Shown: positions 23,387 to 36,744, counted from the whole stretch's first letter. The stretch is DNA of 63,761 nucleotides, filler included, from Pirum gemmata (GCA_002812295.1; 27 parts of 27 records of this genome joined end to end with filler, not necessarily neighbours in it), one strand, 5' to 3'. The notes: generated by a model from the sequence alone, not told the origin. Program-made: numbers and translations.

Positions 23387-24323
23387 GTATTTTATTATTT
23401 GTCTTGTGTTTTGGCTGTTTATTTTCTTGTTTAAATTATGTTATGTTATTATATTATTATATTATTATATTATATTGTTATATTATTATATTATTATATT
23501 GTTATATTGTTATATTGTTATATTGTTATATTGTTATATTGTTATATTGTTATATTGTTATATTGTTATATTGTTATATTGTTATANNNNNNNNNNNNNN
23601 NNNNNNNNNNNNNNNNNNNNNNNNNNNNNNNNNNNNNNNNNNNNNNNNNNNNNNNNNNNNNNNNNNNNNNTGAAATAAAACAAAATTAATTAATTTTAAT
23701 TTAATAATAAAATAAAAAAAACAATAAAAAAACAATAGTTATCTATTAAAATAACATTAAATAAATTAATAAAAAATGGGGTAAACACACGTTTTTTTTT
23801 AATTTTTTTTTAATAATATTTTATTAATAACAATTATTTTCATTTATTAGTTAGACTATAAAGAATTAAAATTAATCGTCATTAAAATTAATCAAACAGA
23901 GTAGTGAGATATTTAACATAATATATAATATTGAGTGTTTTTACTTTGTATTTCACTAATAATCAATGTATGATAAATTTGATAATATAATAATAATATT
24001 AATTTTGAGAACCAAATATAAAACAAAACAAAAAACAAAAAACAAAAAGGGAATAATAATAAAATTTACAGTGGGCCCATTTTCACAAATATAGATATGT
24101 GCGTGTGTGTGTGGTTNNNNNNNNNNNNNNNNNNNNNNNNNNNNNNNNNNNNNNNNNNNNTTAATTAATTAANNNNNNNNNNNNNNNNNNNNNNNNNNNN
24201 NNNNNNNNNNNNNNNNTTTTTTTTTTTTTTTTTGTTTTTTTTAAAAAAATACAACGAATGGTCGAAACAAAAATGCTTTTCACTAATTTATGTTTTATTT
24301 GTTTCTACATCATGTACCATTAG

Positions 24324-25991
24324 TAAAAAAGAGCTAACAACAAGAAAATTAAAAATTTTGTTAAAATCTGTTGATCCCGAGAAGGTATGGTATGCTTTTA
24401 TGATAAAGTTATGATTATGATTATAGTGATTGTGATATATATATTTATATAATCCTTATTGTGATGGTTAAGGTTAAGGTTAAGGTCCTATATAATTACT
24501 GCTATATTATAGTCATACTTGTCTTTACAATTTTAATTAGTGTTGCAGTTCTTGTTATGGTATTGTTGGTGTGTTGGTATCAATTGATATTGAGATCAAG
24601 GACTATATCGATATTGACATTGATATTTATTTTGTTATTGATATTAACGTTGATGTTGACATTGATATTGATATTGATATGGATATGGATATGGATATGG
24701 ATATGAATATGGATATGGTTATGGTTATGGTTATGGTTATGGTTATGGTTATGGATATGGTTATGGATATGGTTATGGATATTGATATTGATATTGATAT
24801 TGATTGATATGGATATGGATATGGATATGGATATGGATATGGATATGGATATGGATATGGATATTGATATTGATATTGATATTGATATTGATATTGATAT
24901 TGATATTGATTTGACTGCACGTTTAGTTGTATTTATTAATTAGTATTGTACTTTTTAATTCTGATGATGTTGATTATACTTACTTATGCTTATTTTATTG
25001 CATAATCTGGTTTGTACTGATAGCAATAACGCCTATGTTCCCTTTTTCTTTTAAAGTTACCATCGTAATCATGATTTTGATCTCACTTGTAGCATGGGCT
25101 GTGTGTTGCTTCCCATTGCTCTTGTAATTGACATTACGTTTCTTAACTTTGTACTCTTAAGCTGTTTAATTGGTTGTTTGTTGGTGTTTCTGTTATTAGA
25201 ATCTCTTTTATTTCTTATAATTCTATTAATACAGATAAGTGTTGATATTACGTTTCTTATTTGTACTCTTCTTTAGTCGTTTTGGTATTGTTGATTGTTG
25301 TTGTAACTATTACTTTGATCCCTGGCGAGCTATTTCTAATGTTATAATTAAATTGATCCAGATAAGTGAGGCATTGTTTTTCTTTCAATGCTCCTGCTTT
25401 GCTGTTTTAGCCACTTTGAAAGCAAAGTTCGCATTGGTAAGTTAAATTTTGTATGGATTATATTTGATTATTACCATTTTAGATAAATTCTTGATGATCA
25501 TTTTTGTTTTTTGTTTTTAGGCTATAACTCTTGGTGCCTCGATTGGTGAAACTTTAGAGAATCAGATTGGCCCTATTGTTCAACCGGTAATTTTATTTAT
25601 TTGTGTATTTAATATCAGATTTGCTTTAAAAATAAATCCTTGAGATAATCTTTCGTAGTACAATTTTTGTTTCAAGTATTTGATGTTCTTTTCATTATTT
25701 TGTTTCCTTCTCAACCAGGCTGTACGTACTCTTATCCCAGAAGAATATCACAAATGGATTCCTGTTGCGCTCGCATATGTCACCAAATCGGTATTTCTTC
25801 TTGATTTTAGTGACTGTATAATGCATATATTAAGTGATTGATTATATGACTTCTATATTTGTGCTGCTCATATTAAACTATTGATCTTTTTGTTCTTTTC
25901 TTGTTTGTTTGTTTTTTTTTTCTTTAGATCGGAGTAGCTATTGCGTGGTCTCTTGTACGTATCGTGAGTGCTTTCCATAGCAGCATAAGAG
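24324..25991 (+). CDS. Conserved hypothetical membrane protein, five exons (24324-24384, 25362-25436, 25521-25586, 25719-25790, 25928-25991)
   Basis: All introns are GT-AG and in frame: KKELTTRKLKILLKSVDPEK|ISEALFFFQCSCFAVLATLKAKFAL|AITLGASIGETLENQIGPIVQP|AVRTLIPEEYHKWIPVALAYVTKS|IGVAIAWSLVRIVSAFHSSIR. Confidence 0.8.
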
Positions 25992-26446
25992 GTATTATAA
26001 TATATATATATAACAAAGGTTACTTTGTTCCTTTATTTCATTCTGTTTTTGGTCGGTGTTGACCAGAGCAAGGTACCAAAAGTATTATTTAAAACCATAT
26101 TGATGATGCATCATCAATTGAATGATGTTTTGGGTAATGTTTTGTTATGATTTAATTCTTAAAACAAATATAATATTTAGTATGTGCACTTAGCTATGAC
26201 AATATTCTGGTTATGAGTAATCTTGGATGTTAAATTATTCTTTCGGATATTCTTTCGGTTTTTCTACTGAAAATTGTATTGTTGTGTAAAATATTATTAT
26301 TCTTATATTATTGTTGTTATTATTATTANNNNNNNNNNNNNNNNNNNNNNNNNNNNNNNNNNNNNNNNNNNNTTAATTAATTAANNNNNNNNNNNNNNNN
26401 NNNNNNNNNNNNNNNNNNNNNNNNNNNNACCTGGAGTAATGATAAA

Positions 26447-26599
26447 GGAGTGTTCAAATAATACGTCACGTCAAGGGGTAGGTAGGTAGGTGGTATTTGA
26501 CCGGAAATTAATGTCGAGGTGTAGGTACTAGGTAGGTAGGAAGGAGTATTTGAAGCTGTATTTGACTGGAAATTGGCGTTACGTAGTATTTGAACGCTC
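26447..26599 (+). mobile_element. MITE family F (about 150 bp)
   Basis: Inverted ends GAGTGTTCAAATAATACGTCACG / CGTTACGTAGTATTTGAACGCTC; related copies at 3655-3772 and ~43335-43452 (inverted). Confidence 0.7.
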
Positions 26600-26851
26600 A
26601 AGATAATATCATGATAGTGAGTAAACTGGACCAAATTAATACAATATAAATCCATTTAATTTAATTTGGTATATTTTATTATCTATTTATTGATTTAAAA
26701 ATGTCAATTTAAAGATTATAACAATCCAAATAAATATTCAGAGTGACAAAATAAATGAAAAGCACAGTGATAGATTTGGCAGTTACGTGCCTTCCCTAGA
26801 CTAGACTACTAGAGTGCCTTCAAAGTTCATACTAGTCTACTCAAAAAAGTA

Positions 26852-27074
26852 GGGGTGAGATGACGTCATTTTATTATTACCGAACAGCTGCCGGAACTTT
26901 CCGATTTCATGGTTTTATTACTATTAATGTTAATATTATTACTTTAATTGGTATCTACTATAATTAAATTTACTAATTTAAGCTATTTAACTGCTACTAT
27001 TAGTAAAGAACACGGAACTAAGGTTGGCTCGATAAGCATCTGTTCGAAAAAAATTCCAGTAGATATCTCACCCC
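26852..27074 (+). mobile_element. MITE family C copy
   Basis: TA-GGGGTGAGAT...ATCTCACCCC-TA. Confidence 0.85.
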
Positions 27075-27172
27075 TACTCTCAAAAACCACTCTTTTCGTG
27101 CTTTTCGTCTGTGCTTTTCGTGCAGGATTGTACAGAATCACTGTCATATCTATGGATAACTAGCTGGTATTA

Positions 27173-28000
27173 TCGTGTTTTTCAACTGAAATAAGCTTAC
27201 CAAATTATAATTAATTGGTCATGTTTTAATTAATTTGATATTTAATATAGTAATTTTATATTTATAAAAAAGTTCAATTATACAATTGAACGGAACCAAA
27301 TAAAGGACAACTGTAATGAAATAGACGATACAGTGACCACTCTACGTACTCCATATTTATTATTATCACTCGCCTTCATGTAACCTAATCTTACCTATGC
27401 CTCTTTTCCCAAAACACTTTCGGTCATAATTTTAAAGTTCATTTTAATAATTAATTACTGCCTAAAACAGTTTAAGTCATACTTTCGAGCAATGACTTTT
27501 ATCAAAGAATAAGTGACGTTCTTTAAACTACAATCCAATAAGTATTGTGCTTTTCATTTATTTTTTCACTCCAAATATTTATTTGGTTGTTTATAATATT
27601 AAAATTGATACTTTTAAATAATGTTAAATAAATAAATATATAATGAAATATATTAAATTTTAAATGAAATGGATTTATATGGTACTATTTGTTGTATACT
27701 TTATTATGACGACAAAATAACTGAAAAGGAAAAGCACGATAACTAGCACGATAGTCATTTTAGACTATCAGGATATGATAGATAGACTAGATAGATAGAC
27801 TAGTGTTGTGCTTTTCATTTATTTTGACACTCTGATGAATATTTATTTTGTTGGTTATAAATTATAATATTTAAATTGATATTTTTAAATTAATAATTAG
27901 ATTATAAAATATAATAAATTAAATAAAATGGATTTATATTTTTTTAGTTTGGTACTCTATATTGTATATTTTATGATGATAAAACAACTGAAAAGCACGA
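27173..28000. mobile_element. MITE cluster: family D (~27173-27328), family B fragment (~27380-27525), two family A copies (27545-27739, 27806-28000)
   Basis: TIR and internal matches to the reference copies. Confidence 0.75.
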
Positions 28001-28845
28001 TATAGGTCTATATCGATACTATCTTGATTTATACCCTGGTACTCTAGCTACTACTTTTGTTAAAAGGTTTGCTCCACGTTGAGGTTGCGATTTGCTCCAC
28101 GTTTAATACTGTTGCTGTAGGTCGTGACTCGTGAGCCTTGTGGCTACTAGGGTGGTGGCTGGGGTGGTGGTGGTGTTGGTGTTGGTGGTGTTGGTGGTGG
28201 TGTGGGTGTTAGTGGTGGTTGTGTTTTTTTTTTTTTTGTTGTTGTTGTTTTTGAGCTGAACAACACGATATTTAATACTAGCTAAATAAATTTATTATGT
28301 AATCTGTATTAATTAATTAAACTTTAGTTAGAGTCTGTTTTCCTTTACCAGTATAATAATATGATAACATGACCATCAGCTGATGACCATATAAAAATAA
28401 GGAGGAGCAGTAGCTCTCGCTGGTTCTATGATAGCTCTCTCTAGTAGTATGATAGCTATGATAGCTATAGGCAGTATCATAGTTTACAGAGTGTTTACAG
28501 AGTAGGGGTGAGATATCTACTGGAACTTTTNNNNNNNNNNNNNNNNNNNNNNNNNNNNNNNNNNNNNNNNNNNNTTAATTAATTAANNNNNNNNNNNNNN
28601 NNNNNNNNNNNNNNNNNNNNNNNNNNNNNNATTTATTATTTATTATTGATATTAATATAGTATTAATTAATATTATTTATTATTTATAATAATATTATTG
28701 TGATATCTTATTTTTCGTTGTATAATTTAAAATATCTTATCTTTTCTAGCTTATCTTTTGTTATCTTATTTTTCTTTTTGTTTCATTGTTTTTCTTATTT
28801 ATATATTAAATATCAAGAGACCTACCAGTAGGTCTCATGATTATA

Positions 28846-29039
28846 TCGTGTTTTTAAATAGTGTAATCCAGTTCAAAAACTGAAATAAACGTACCAAATT
28901 ATTATTATGGTTAAACTATTCGACAAGTTTTAATTAATTTGGTATTTTGTACTTAATGTTGTATTTTATAATGAAGTTCAATTATACACTTACACAGTGC
29001 CAAATTAAAGATTGAGAGGACAACTAATGAAATAAACGA
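28846..29039 (+). mobile_element. MITE family D (about 195 bp, TCGT...ACGA termini, TA-flanked)
   Basis: TA-TCGTGTTTTT...GAAATAAACGA-TA; homologous to 35475-35675 and 33940-34135 (inverted). Termini are related to family A. Confidence 0.8.
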
Positions 29040-29148
29040 TATACTATTATATCATAAATTCATACGGGAGTTAAAATTATTTTTCTTTTTTAATACACGA
29101 ATATACTTGGAACGATGTCTTTGAGTCGTTTATTGTATTATAATATTA

Positions 29149-29333
29149 TCGTGTTTTTCAGTTATTTTGTCAACATAAAATATACAAAAAAGAGTACTAA
29201 ATTAATACAATATCAATCCATTTCAATTAATTTGGTATACTTTATTATCTATTTATTCATTTTAAAAAGTCAATTTAAATATCATAACCAACCAAATAAA
29301 TATTTGGAGTGACAAAATAAATAAAAAGCACAA
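29149..29333 (+). mobile_element. MITE family A copy
   Basis: TA-TCGTGTTTTTCAGTTATTTTGTCA...AAAAGCACAA-TA. Confidence 0.8.
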
Positions 29334-29732
29334 TAATAGTATCTGCATGTTTATCAGCTCTATGTATAGGAGATCAGGTAAAATGATTGATAACTCATAG
29401 TAATATAACAACTAACTGTACAATATTAGTAAACGAAAACAATATTATATTAATAATAATAATAATAATAATAATAACCCATTGAACTCCATCCAACTAA
29501 TTGCTGGTAGTTTCAGTCGTCTTCGAGTACGCGTTAGTGGTCCAAGTTAATAATTTAGAATCTAGGTCTTCTATAAAATTTAATGTAATGTTTGATAAGA
29601 AATTGTATTCGCTGACATACATTATACCCTTGCTTTTGTGACTCTTTTGTGTATGTAATTTTTTAACAAATTTGTTTTTGATTAAATAATAGAAATTAGT
29701 CAACGTATTTTTTTAATTCCCTTGTATTGAAA

Positions 29733-29828
29733 TCACTTAAAAACCAATTTTTTGACGACCATCTGAAGAGAAAAAAGAAAAGAAAAGATTATGTTGTGCG
29801 CTAGACTTACCAGTAAAAACCAATTAAA
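29733..29828 (-). CDS. Possible terminal exons of a membrane protein (18-nt micro-exon 29811-29828 plus 29733-29762)
   Basis: Strong splice signals (GTAAGT donor, pyrimidine tract plus CAG) give FNWFLL|MVVKKLVFK*. Too short to assign. Confidence 0.3.
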   Translation of the reverse strand, partial: FNWFLLVSLAHNIIFSFLFSLQMVVKKLVFK

Positions 29829-30882
29829 CTAAAAAAAAACACCATGCAAATAATAACAATAACAGTAACAATAACAATAACAATAACAATAACAATAACA
29901 ATAACAATAACAATAACAATAACAATAACAATAACAATAACAATAANNNNNNNNNNNNNNNNNNNNNNNNNNNNNNNNNNNNNNNNNNNNNNNNNNNNNN
30001 NNNNNNNNNNNNNNNNNNNNNNNNACAATAACAATAACAATAACAATAACAATAACAATAGCAATAGCAATAGCAATAGCAATAGCAATAACAATAACAA
30101 TAACAATAACAATAACAATAACAATAACAATAATAATAATAATAACAAAGATTTAGTAGTAATGCTTACGCTTATACTTATGATAATTTTATTAATATTT
30201 TTTTTGTTGTTGTTGTTTTTTAGTATGATAGTTATTATGTACATATGATAGCTGTATTGTTCCAATAGTGTTCATATTAAAAATTGTGTTGTATAAGTTC
30301 ATAAGCTCATGTATTTAATCTTTAATTAATTATGATAAAAAAAAAACTTGAATTTAGATTTTTTGAGAAACAAAAAAAAAAAATTCAGTCCGAATTTAAA
30401 TCATCACGGGCCACCCAAAATTTTGGTGGCGGTGAAATTAGGAAAACCACTGCATATAAATGCTATTTTTAAGCAACAAAGCATTTGGCATATTATGTTG
30501 AGATGACAATAATAATAATAATAACCCTAACCCTAACCCTAACCCTAATCTATAATAATTATTCGTTTATCTGTTTCAAAAAATCGAACCCAATTACGAA
30601 ATAAGAACGAAAATTAAATATTGTTCACAAAAGGAAGCAAACATCTATCCAACAAGAGCCCTTATTATAAAAATAACAGTCTTATCATTTCTTTTTTTTC
30701 TTTATTATTATTATTATTATTACTATTATTACTATTACTATTATTNNNNNNNNNNNNNNNNNNNNNNNNNNNNNNNNNNNNNNNNNNNNTTAATTAATTA
30801 ANNNNNNNNNNNNNNNNNNNNNNNNNNNNNNNNNNNNNNNNNNNNAATAATAATAAATAATAATAAATAATAATAAAAATAG

Positions 30883-31499
30883 GCGTATTTCTGGGAGATA
30901 TTGTATACTTGGATGCTGCTTTTAGTGATGACAAAGAGGTTTTAGCCTCAAAAGTTAACGAAATTGTCAACTTAATGTTATACCAACAAAGTTTCAGTCG
31001 AAATTTGAATCCAATTTTAGCGTTAGAAAGTTATATATTGGATTTAAAACCAGAAACGTATGAATTATGTTATGATATGTCTCTAGAAAGAGAACCCAAA
31101 AAGGAAAAGATATCTGCCAGTGTTATTAGTATAGTAGAAAACGAAGAATTAGATATAGCACAACAACAACAACTTCGTGAACTAGACATGGACTACCAAC
31201 AACAACCACAACAACCACTTGATATCACTCAACCACAAACAGAATTGAGCCATCACACCAAAACTCCCTTACCTCTTCCACCCAGGAAACCTGCACATAT
31301 GATAAACTCAACCACCTTTTTCCAACCTGGTCAATCCTATCCTAAAATCAGAATCGGTGAAAACTCTAGTGTTCCTAATCGTAGTGTAAGTGACGAACAT
31401 GATTCGGCCAGTATTGCTCGTCGAGCCTTAAGCCATACCCCTTATCATTATTCTATGAATAGTATTGGTAATAATAATAATAATAATACATTAAAATGA
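30883..31499 (+). CDS. RasGEF (CDC25 domain) C-terminal exon, RalGPS-like, with Pro-rich motif
   Basis: After an AG acceptor: GVFLGDIVYLDAAF ... CYDMSLEREP, typical of the CDC25 C-terminus, then PLPLPPRKP (SH3-ligand-like). Confidence 0.8.
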
Positions 31500-31609
31500 A
31501 TTTTGATTTTATTTTTATTTTATTTGTAATTTTTTATTATAACCAATATACTAAAAACGTGCAGAAGAAGTACCATAATTATAATAATAAAGTGTAAAAA
31601 AAAAGCGTC

Positions 31610-31775
31610 AAAAAAACCACCTACATAATCCAAAAAAACCAAAAAACTCATACATAATCCAAAAAAACCAAAGCACTCCTACATAATCCAAAAAAACCAA
31701 AAAAACCACTACATAATCCAAAAAACCCCTTACATAATCCAAAAAAACCACCTACATAATCCAAAAAAACCGAAA
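31610..31775. repeat. Minisatellite with core CTACATAATCCAAAAAAACC
   Basis: About six imperfect copies. Confidence 0.8.
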
Positions 31776-31883
31776 AAAAAAAGTGTAAAAAAATAAGGCC
31801 AAAAAAAACCAAGTTTTGGGATTATTCAAGTTTGAGACTACCGGGTAATTAAAAATGACCTGTATCACAAGTCGATAAATTTT

Positions 31884-32946
31884 AGGAAAAAAAGGCAAAA
31901 AAAAAGGAAAGAAAGGGGCCTTAAATATACAATTTCTTCTTAAATGTACCATTTTTGGTAAAAATCCCACCAAACCTTGCCACAAACCCACCAAACCTTG
32001 CCACAAACCCTCCAAACCTTGCCACAAACCAAACCTTGCCACAACTCCCCCAAACCTTGCCACAAACCCTCCAAACCTTGCCACAAACCCCCCAAACCTC
32101 GCACAAACCCCCAAACCTCGCACAGGCCCCCAAACCTTAGCACAGGCCCCCAAACCTTAGCACACTCACCCGAAACTTTCCCACACGGCCCCAAAGCACA
32201 GGTCGTTGAAACTAAATAATAGGGCCGTCAAAACCTAATTTTTTGGCGGGTTGAAACCAAGAAAGCAAAAAAATCCCAAAAACAAAAGAAAAACAGCAAA
32301 CCAGAACAACACAACATTACTGTAAACGTTGATTTAGGTTATCGTAAATGGTCGACGTTTTTTTATATAATAAATTTGTTTTGTTTGAAATATTATCATT
32401 TTTTTTTATTATTTCGGTCTCTCTTTAATTAGTCTCAAACTTGAGTTCTCCCAAAATTGATAGTTTTGCACCCTATGCACAAGGAAATCCATTTTTGGCT
32501 CCCGAATTTTTTTTTGCAGCTGGTCAAGCCGGAGCCGAGGTGGGCCGAGGGGAGACGAGGCGATGTTTTGGGAGAACTCAAGTTTTAGACTAATCAAAAA
32601 AGACCTAAAATAATAAAAAAAGTGAAAAAAGGTGGACAAAATGTTTTATTGTAAATAATAAAACTGCCAAAACAATTTTAGGTTTCGATGGTCCTTAGTG
32701 TCGACGGCCTGTGCTAAGGTCTGGGGGCGTGTGGGAAGGTTTCGAGGGCGTTGGGTGCGGTTTGGGGGCGTGTACTACGGTTGAGCGTGCTAAGGTTTGG
32801 GGGCCTGTGCGAGGTTTGGAGGGTTTGTGGCAAGATTTGGAGGGTTTGTGGTAAGGTGTGGAGGGATCATTTCCAAAAATGGTATATTTAAGAAGAAATT
32901 GTATATATATATTTTTTTTTTTGCTTTTTTTGCTTTTTTTTTTCCT
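31884..32946. mobile_element. Foldback-like element with long inverted arms carrying internal ~21-bp tandem repeats
   Basis: 31884-32250 is the reverse complement of 32664-32946. Inner arms GGTCTCTCTTTAATTAGTCTCAAACTTGAGTTCTCCCAAAA / TTTTGGGAGAACTCAAGTTTTAGACTAATCAAAAAAGACC. The right end runs off the scaffold. Confidence 0.7.
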
Positions 32947-33354
32947 NNNNNNNNNNNNNNNNNNNNNNNNNNNNNNNNNNNNNNNNNNNNTTAATTAATT
33001 AANNNNNNNNNNNNNNNNNNNNNNNNNNNNNNNNNNNNNNNNNNNNTATTTATTATTATTCTATTTACTTTTCATTTATTTACTTTGGTTGGGGTTAAGG
33101 TTGTAAATGGGTACAAATTAAGCCTTTTTGGTCGTTTTTTGCCGGGTTGCTCTGCATTAAGCTTCTTACCGGCACTGTTTTAGTTAATAGGTTGTTCAAA
33201 GTTACAAATTATTCCTAATTTTTACCTATTTACTATTACTAATTTAATTAATGGCAGTTGTATTAGTGGTAGTAATGGCGACTACTACTAATAAACTTAA
33301 CATTTAGATTTAATCTTTATTAATTCAACGACTTCCAACTATCTAGGTTTATTA

Positions 33355-33530
33355 TTTTGTGTTTTTCACTCTGAATATTTATTTGGTAGGTTAAAACCTC
33401 TAAAGTGACATTTTTAAATGAATAAATAGATAATAAAATATACCAAATTAAATGAAAGGGATTTATATTGTATTAATTTGGTACCCTTTATTGTATATTT
33501 TATGATAACAAAACAACTGAAAAGAACTAT
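33355..33530 (-). mobile_element. MITE family A degenerate copy
   Basis: Internal sequence and the right end ACAAAACAACTGAAAAG match the family. Confidence 0.65.
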
Positions 33531-33939
33531 ATTACTATTATAACTTAATTACTACCAAGTTACTATTCGAATTTTTTAAATGGTTTTATTAATAAATTTT
33601 TTTGACAGTTTTAGAAAAAATAAGAAAGAGATTATTTTTGATATTAACAAACAAAATAATAATAAATAAAAAAAAAAGGCAAAATTCAATGTAAGGTTTG
33701 ATTATGATTAGTACAACGGGTAGGGTTAAGGTTTGAGTTAAAAAAAAGCGAAAAAAAAAAAAAAAAAAAATAAAAACACACTAATCTAACTTTAGTTAAC
33801 ACTTTTTTTTACCGACTCGAGTTAGTGGTTATCAAAAAAAAATCGAACGAGCTTTTTTTTTATGACAGGTAAGTTTTTTTTCGGTTAGCCTAGCTGTTAG
33901 TCTAGAGTTACTTTACGATTTTTTTTTTGATAACCACTA

Positions 33940-34135
33940 TCGTCTATTTCATTACAGTAGTCCTCCCAATCTTTAATTTGGCACTGTTTTTAGTGTATAA
34001 TTGAACTTGTTTATAAAATATGACATTAAGTATAAAATACTAAATTAATTAAAACATGTCTGATAGTTTAACCACATAATAATTTGGACGTTTATTTCAG
34101 TTTTTGCACTGAACAACACTATTGAAAAACACGGT
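33940..34135 (-). mobile_element. MITE family D copy
   Basis: TA-TCGTCTATTTCA...TGAAAAACACGG-TA, reverse complement of 35475-35675. Confidence 0.75.
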
Positions 34136-34242
34136 AATTTGAGTCATAAAACAAGTGTTAACTAGCGGTTAGTACATAGGTTAGGGGTTAATTAAGTGTA
34201 TTAAGAAAAAAAAGGAGGGAAAAAAAAGAAATAGAAAAAGCG

Positions 34243-34303
<61 letters not shown>

Positions 34304-34494
34304 TATTAATCAGACCACTAATTAAAAAACGTTAGTGAACTTTTTTTTTTTACTTACTGGGATTAGTGCTATCGTAAAAAAAAAATCGAATTGAGATTTG
34401 GTTTTGCAATGAGTGAAGGTTTTTTTTGGTTGGTCATAGAATGAGTGGAGAACGGATTTCAAAGCGAGGGAGTTGACTGACCAAAAAAATAAAG

Positions 34495-35100
34495 TTACTT
34501 TATTTGCACCTAATAAAATTTAAAATGGCAGAATTTATTTTAGAAAACGCTTTAACAACTACTTTAATGGTAGGAATATGATTCAGCACCTGCTTATTTT
34601 GCACCCCTCACATTTTAAAATGGCACAATTTATTTTAGAAAATGCTTCAAACTAATTAACATCTGCTTTATTTGCACAAATCAAACTTTTTGATTGCAGA
34701 ATTTATTTTCGAAAATGCTTCAGCAACCACTTTAGTGGTAAAAACATGGTTCAGCATCTACTTTTCTTGCACCCCTCAAAATTTATAATGGCAGAATTTA
34801 TTTTAGAAAATGCTTCAATCCAATTTACATCTGCTTTATTTGCACTTATCAAAATTTAAAATGGCAGAATTTATTTTTTTAAAAAATGCTTCAGCAACTA
34901 TTTTAATGGTAGAAATATCTGTGGGAATATGGTTCAGCACCTGCTTTATTTGCACCCTCAAAATTTAAAATGGCAGAATTTATTTTAGAAAATGCTTCAA
35001 ACTAATTCACAGCTGTTTTATTTGCAACCATCAATAGTTTAAATGGCAGCATTTATTTTAGAAAACGCTTTAGCACCTGTTTTATTTGCACCCATTAAAA
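34495..35100. repeat. Tandem repeat with alternating long and short units (core TTTGCAC...AAAATGGCAGAATTTATTTTAGAAAATGCTT)
   Basis: The core recurs about eight times, with spacers alternating between an ...actttaatggtag...ttcagcacc type and an aactaatt.aca type. Confidence 0.8.
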
Positions 35101-35474
35101 TCTCAGTAGACAATATTTCAGACTTTTTACCCGACAAATCTCCCATAAATTCATTGGCTGCATGTACCTCTATATGAANNNNNNNNNNNNNNNNNNNNNN
35201 NNNNNNNNNNNNNNNNNNNNNNTTAATTAATTAANNNNNNNNNNNNNNNNNNNNNNNNNNNNNNNNNNNNNNNNNNNNACCATCACCATCACCATCACCA
35301 TCACCATCACATTTAAATAATAAAAATATATTGTTTTTTAATATTTATTATATTAGTACTAGTTGTATGATTGATTTAGTGATAATACTATCAATAACAG
35401 TTTGGTTTGCAAGACACATTATTTTGCCTTGCCAAAAAATTTAGCGATATGATATACATAATATTATGATATAA

Positions 35475-35675
35475 TCGTGTTTTTCAATAGTGTTGTCCAG
35501 TTCAACAATTAAAATAAACGTATCAATTAAACTATCAGATATGTTTTGATTAATTGGTATTTTATACTTTTAAAATGTTGCATTTTATATCTCATGTATA
35601 AACAAGTTCAATTATACACTTAATTAAACAGTACCAAATTAAAGATTGAGAGGACAACTGTAACGAAATAGACGA
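35475..35675 (+). mobile_element. MITE family D copy
   Basis: TCGTGTTTTTCAATAGTGTTGTCC ... GGACAACTGTAACGAAATAGACGA-TA. Confidence 0.8.
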
Positions 35676-36030
35676 TAGCAATAATGATATTTATAAAAAT
35701 AGAATTATTATTTCAAAATTGTTATCGATACTCTAGCTAACACGGTAAATACAAAAACGCTTTATAATATGTGAGTCATGCGAGTCTGCTGTGACAAAAG
35801 TGTAAAATTGTGCGAAGAAAAGTTTGAGAAAAGTTTCTGTGAAAAGTTTGTGAAATTATTTGGTGATGTACAAATATAGATATAGAGATATACTTTTATT
35901 ATATTCATAATAATATGATAGGCGGGGGCATAATAATAAATTAATAATTACTAGATAATAATAATTATTATAAAAAAAGGTGAGACTTTTTTTAAAAAAA
36001 AAAAGTAGAACGTTTTTAGCTATTAAAGTA

Positions 36031-36255
36031 GGGGTGAGATATCTACTAGAACTTTTTTCAAACATAATATGCTTATCGAGCCAACCTTAGTTCCGTGTTT
36101 TTTACTAATAATAGTAGTTAAATAGCTTAAAATAGTAAATCTAATTATAGTAGATACCAATTAAAGTTATAATATTAACATTAATAGTAATAAACCATAA
36201 AATAGGAAAAGTTCTGGCAGCGTTCGGTAATAATAAAATGACGTCATCTCACCCC
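36031..36255 (-). mobile_element. MITE family C copy
   Basis: TA-GGGGTGAGAT...ATCTCACCCC-TA, with the internal sequence inverted relative to 4929-5153. Confidence 0.85.
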
Positions 36256-36744
36256 TACTGCTAGCTAGCTACTAGGGGCCTATCATAGCTACTATGGATA
36301 CTAGCTAGCTAGACTCTGCCTCTAGTAGTAGTGGGCCTAGCTAGCTAGTAGCTAGTAGTGGCGGGGACTGCGGTTGGGATGGGAGAGTTTTATCGATGTA
36401 ATACTAGCTGTAATACTGTATCTACTGGTGTATTGGTATGATATAATTATCATATCGAGTATGGTCAGTGTATGGTCTATAAGTGTCTATATAAAGCACA
36501 ATACAAACTGGAGTTTATTCTTATCATCGGTTTTATTCCCTATTATTGATATACTTTCGAGTATGTTTGATAGCTACAGTCTCTCCCTACATTTCTCATT
36601 TCTAAAGAACGGGATTAGGGGTCTAGTCTGATTTGGACAGACAAGACTATCAGATATATTATATAAAAGATTATTTATGATATCTATATGATATTATGAA
36701 TAAAGTGACTTTTTTTGAAGTCTTTGATATATCATATAGGGTTA

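Noticed and set aside
31752..32219. Overlapping repetitive ORFs (VARFGGF, PPNLATN)
   Set aside because: Translations of the 21-bp repeats inside the foldback arms.
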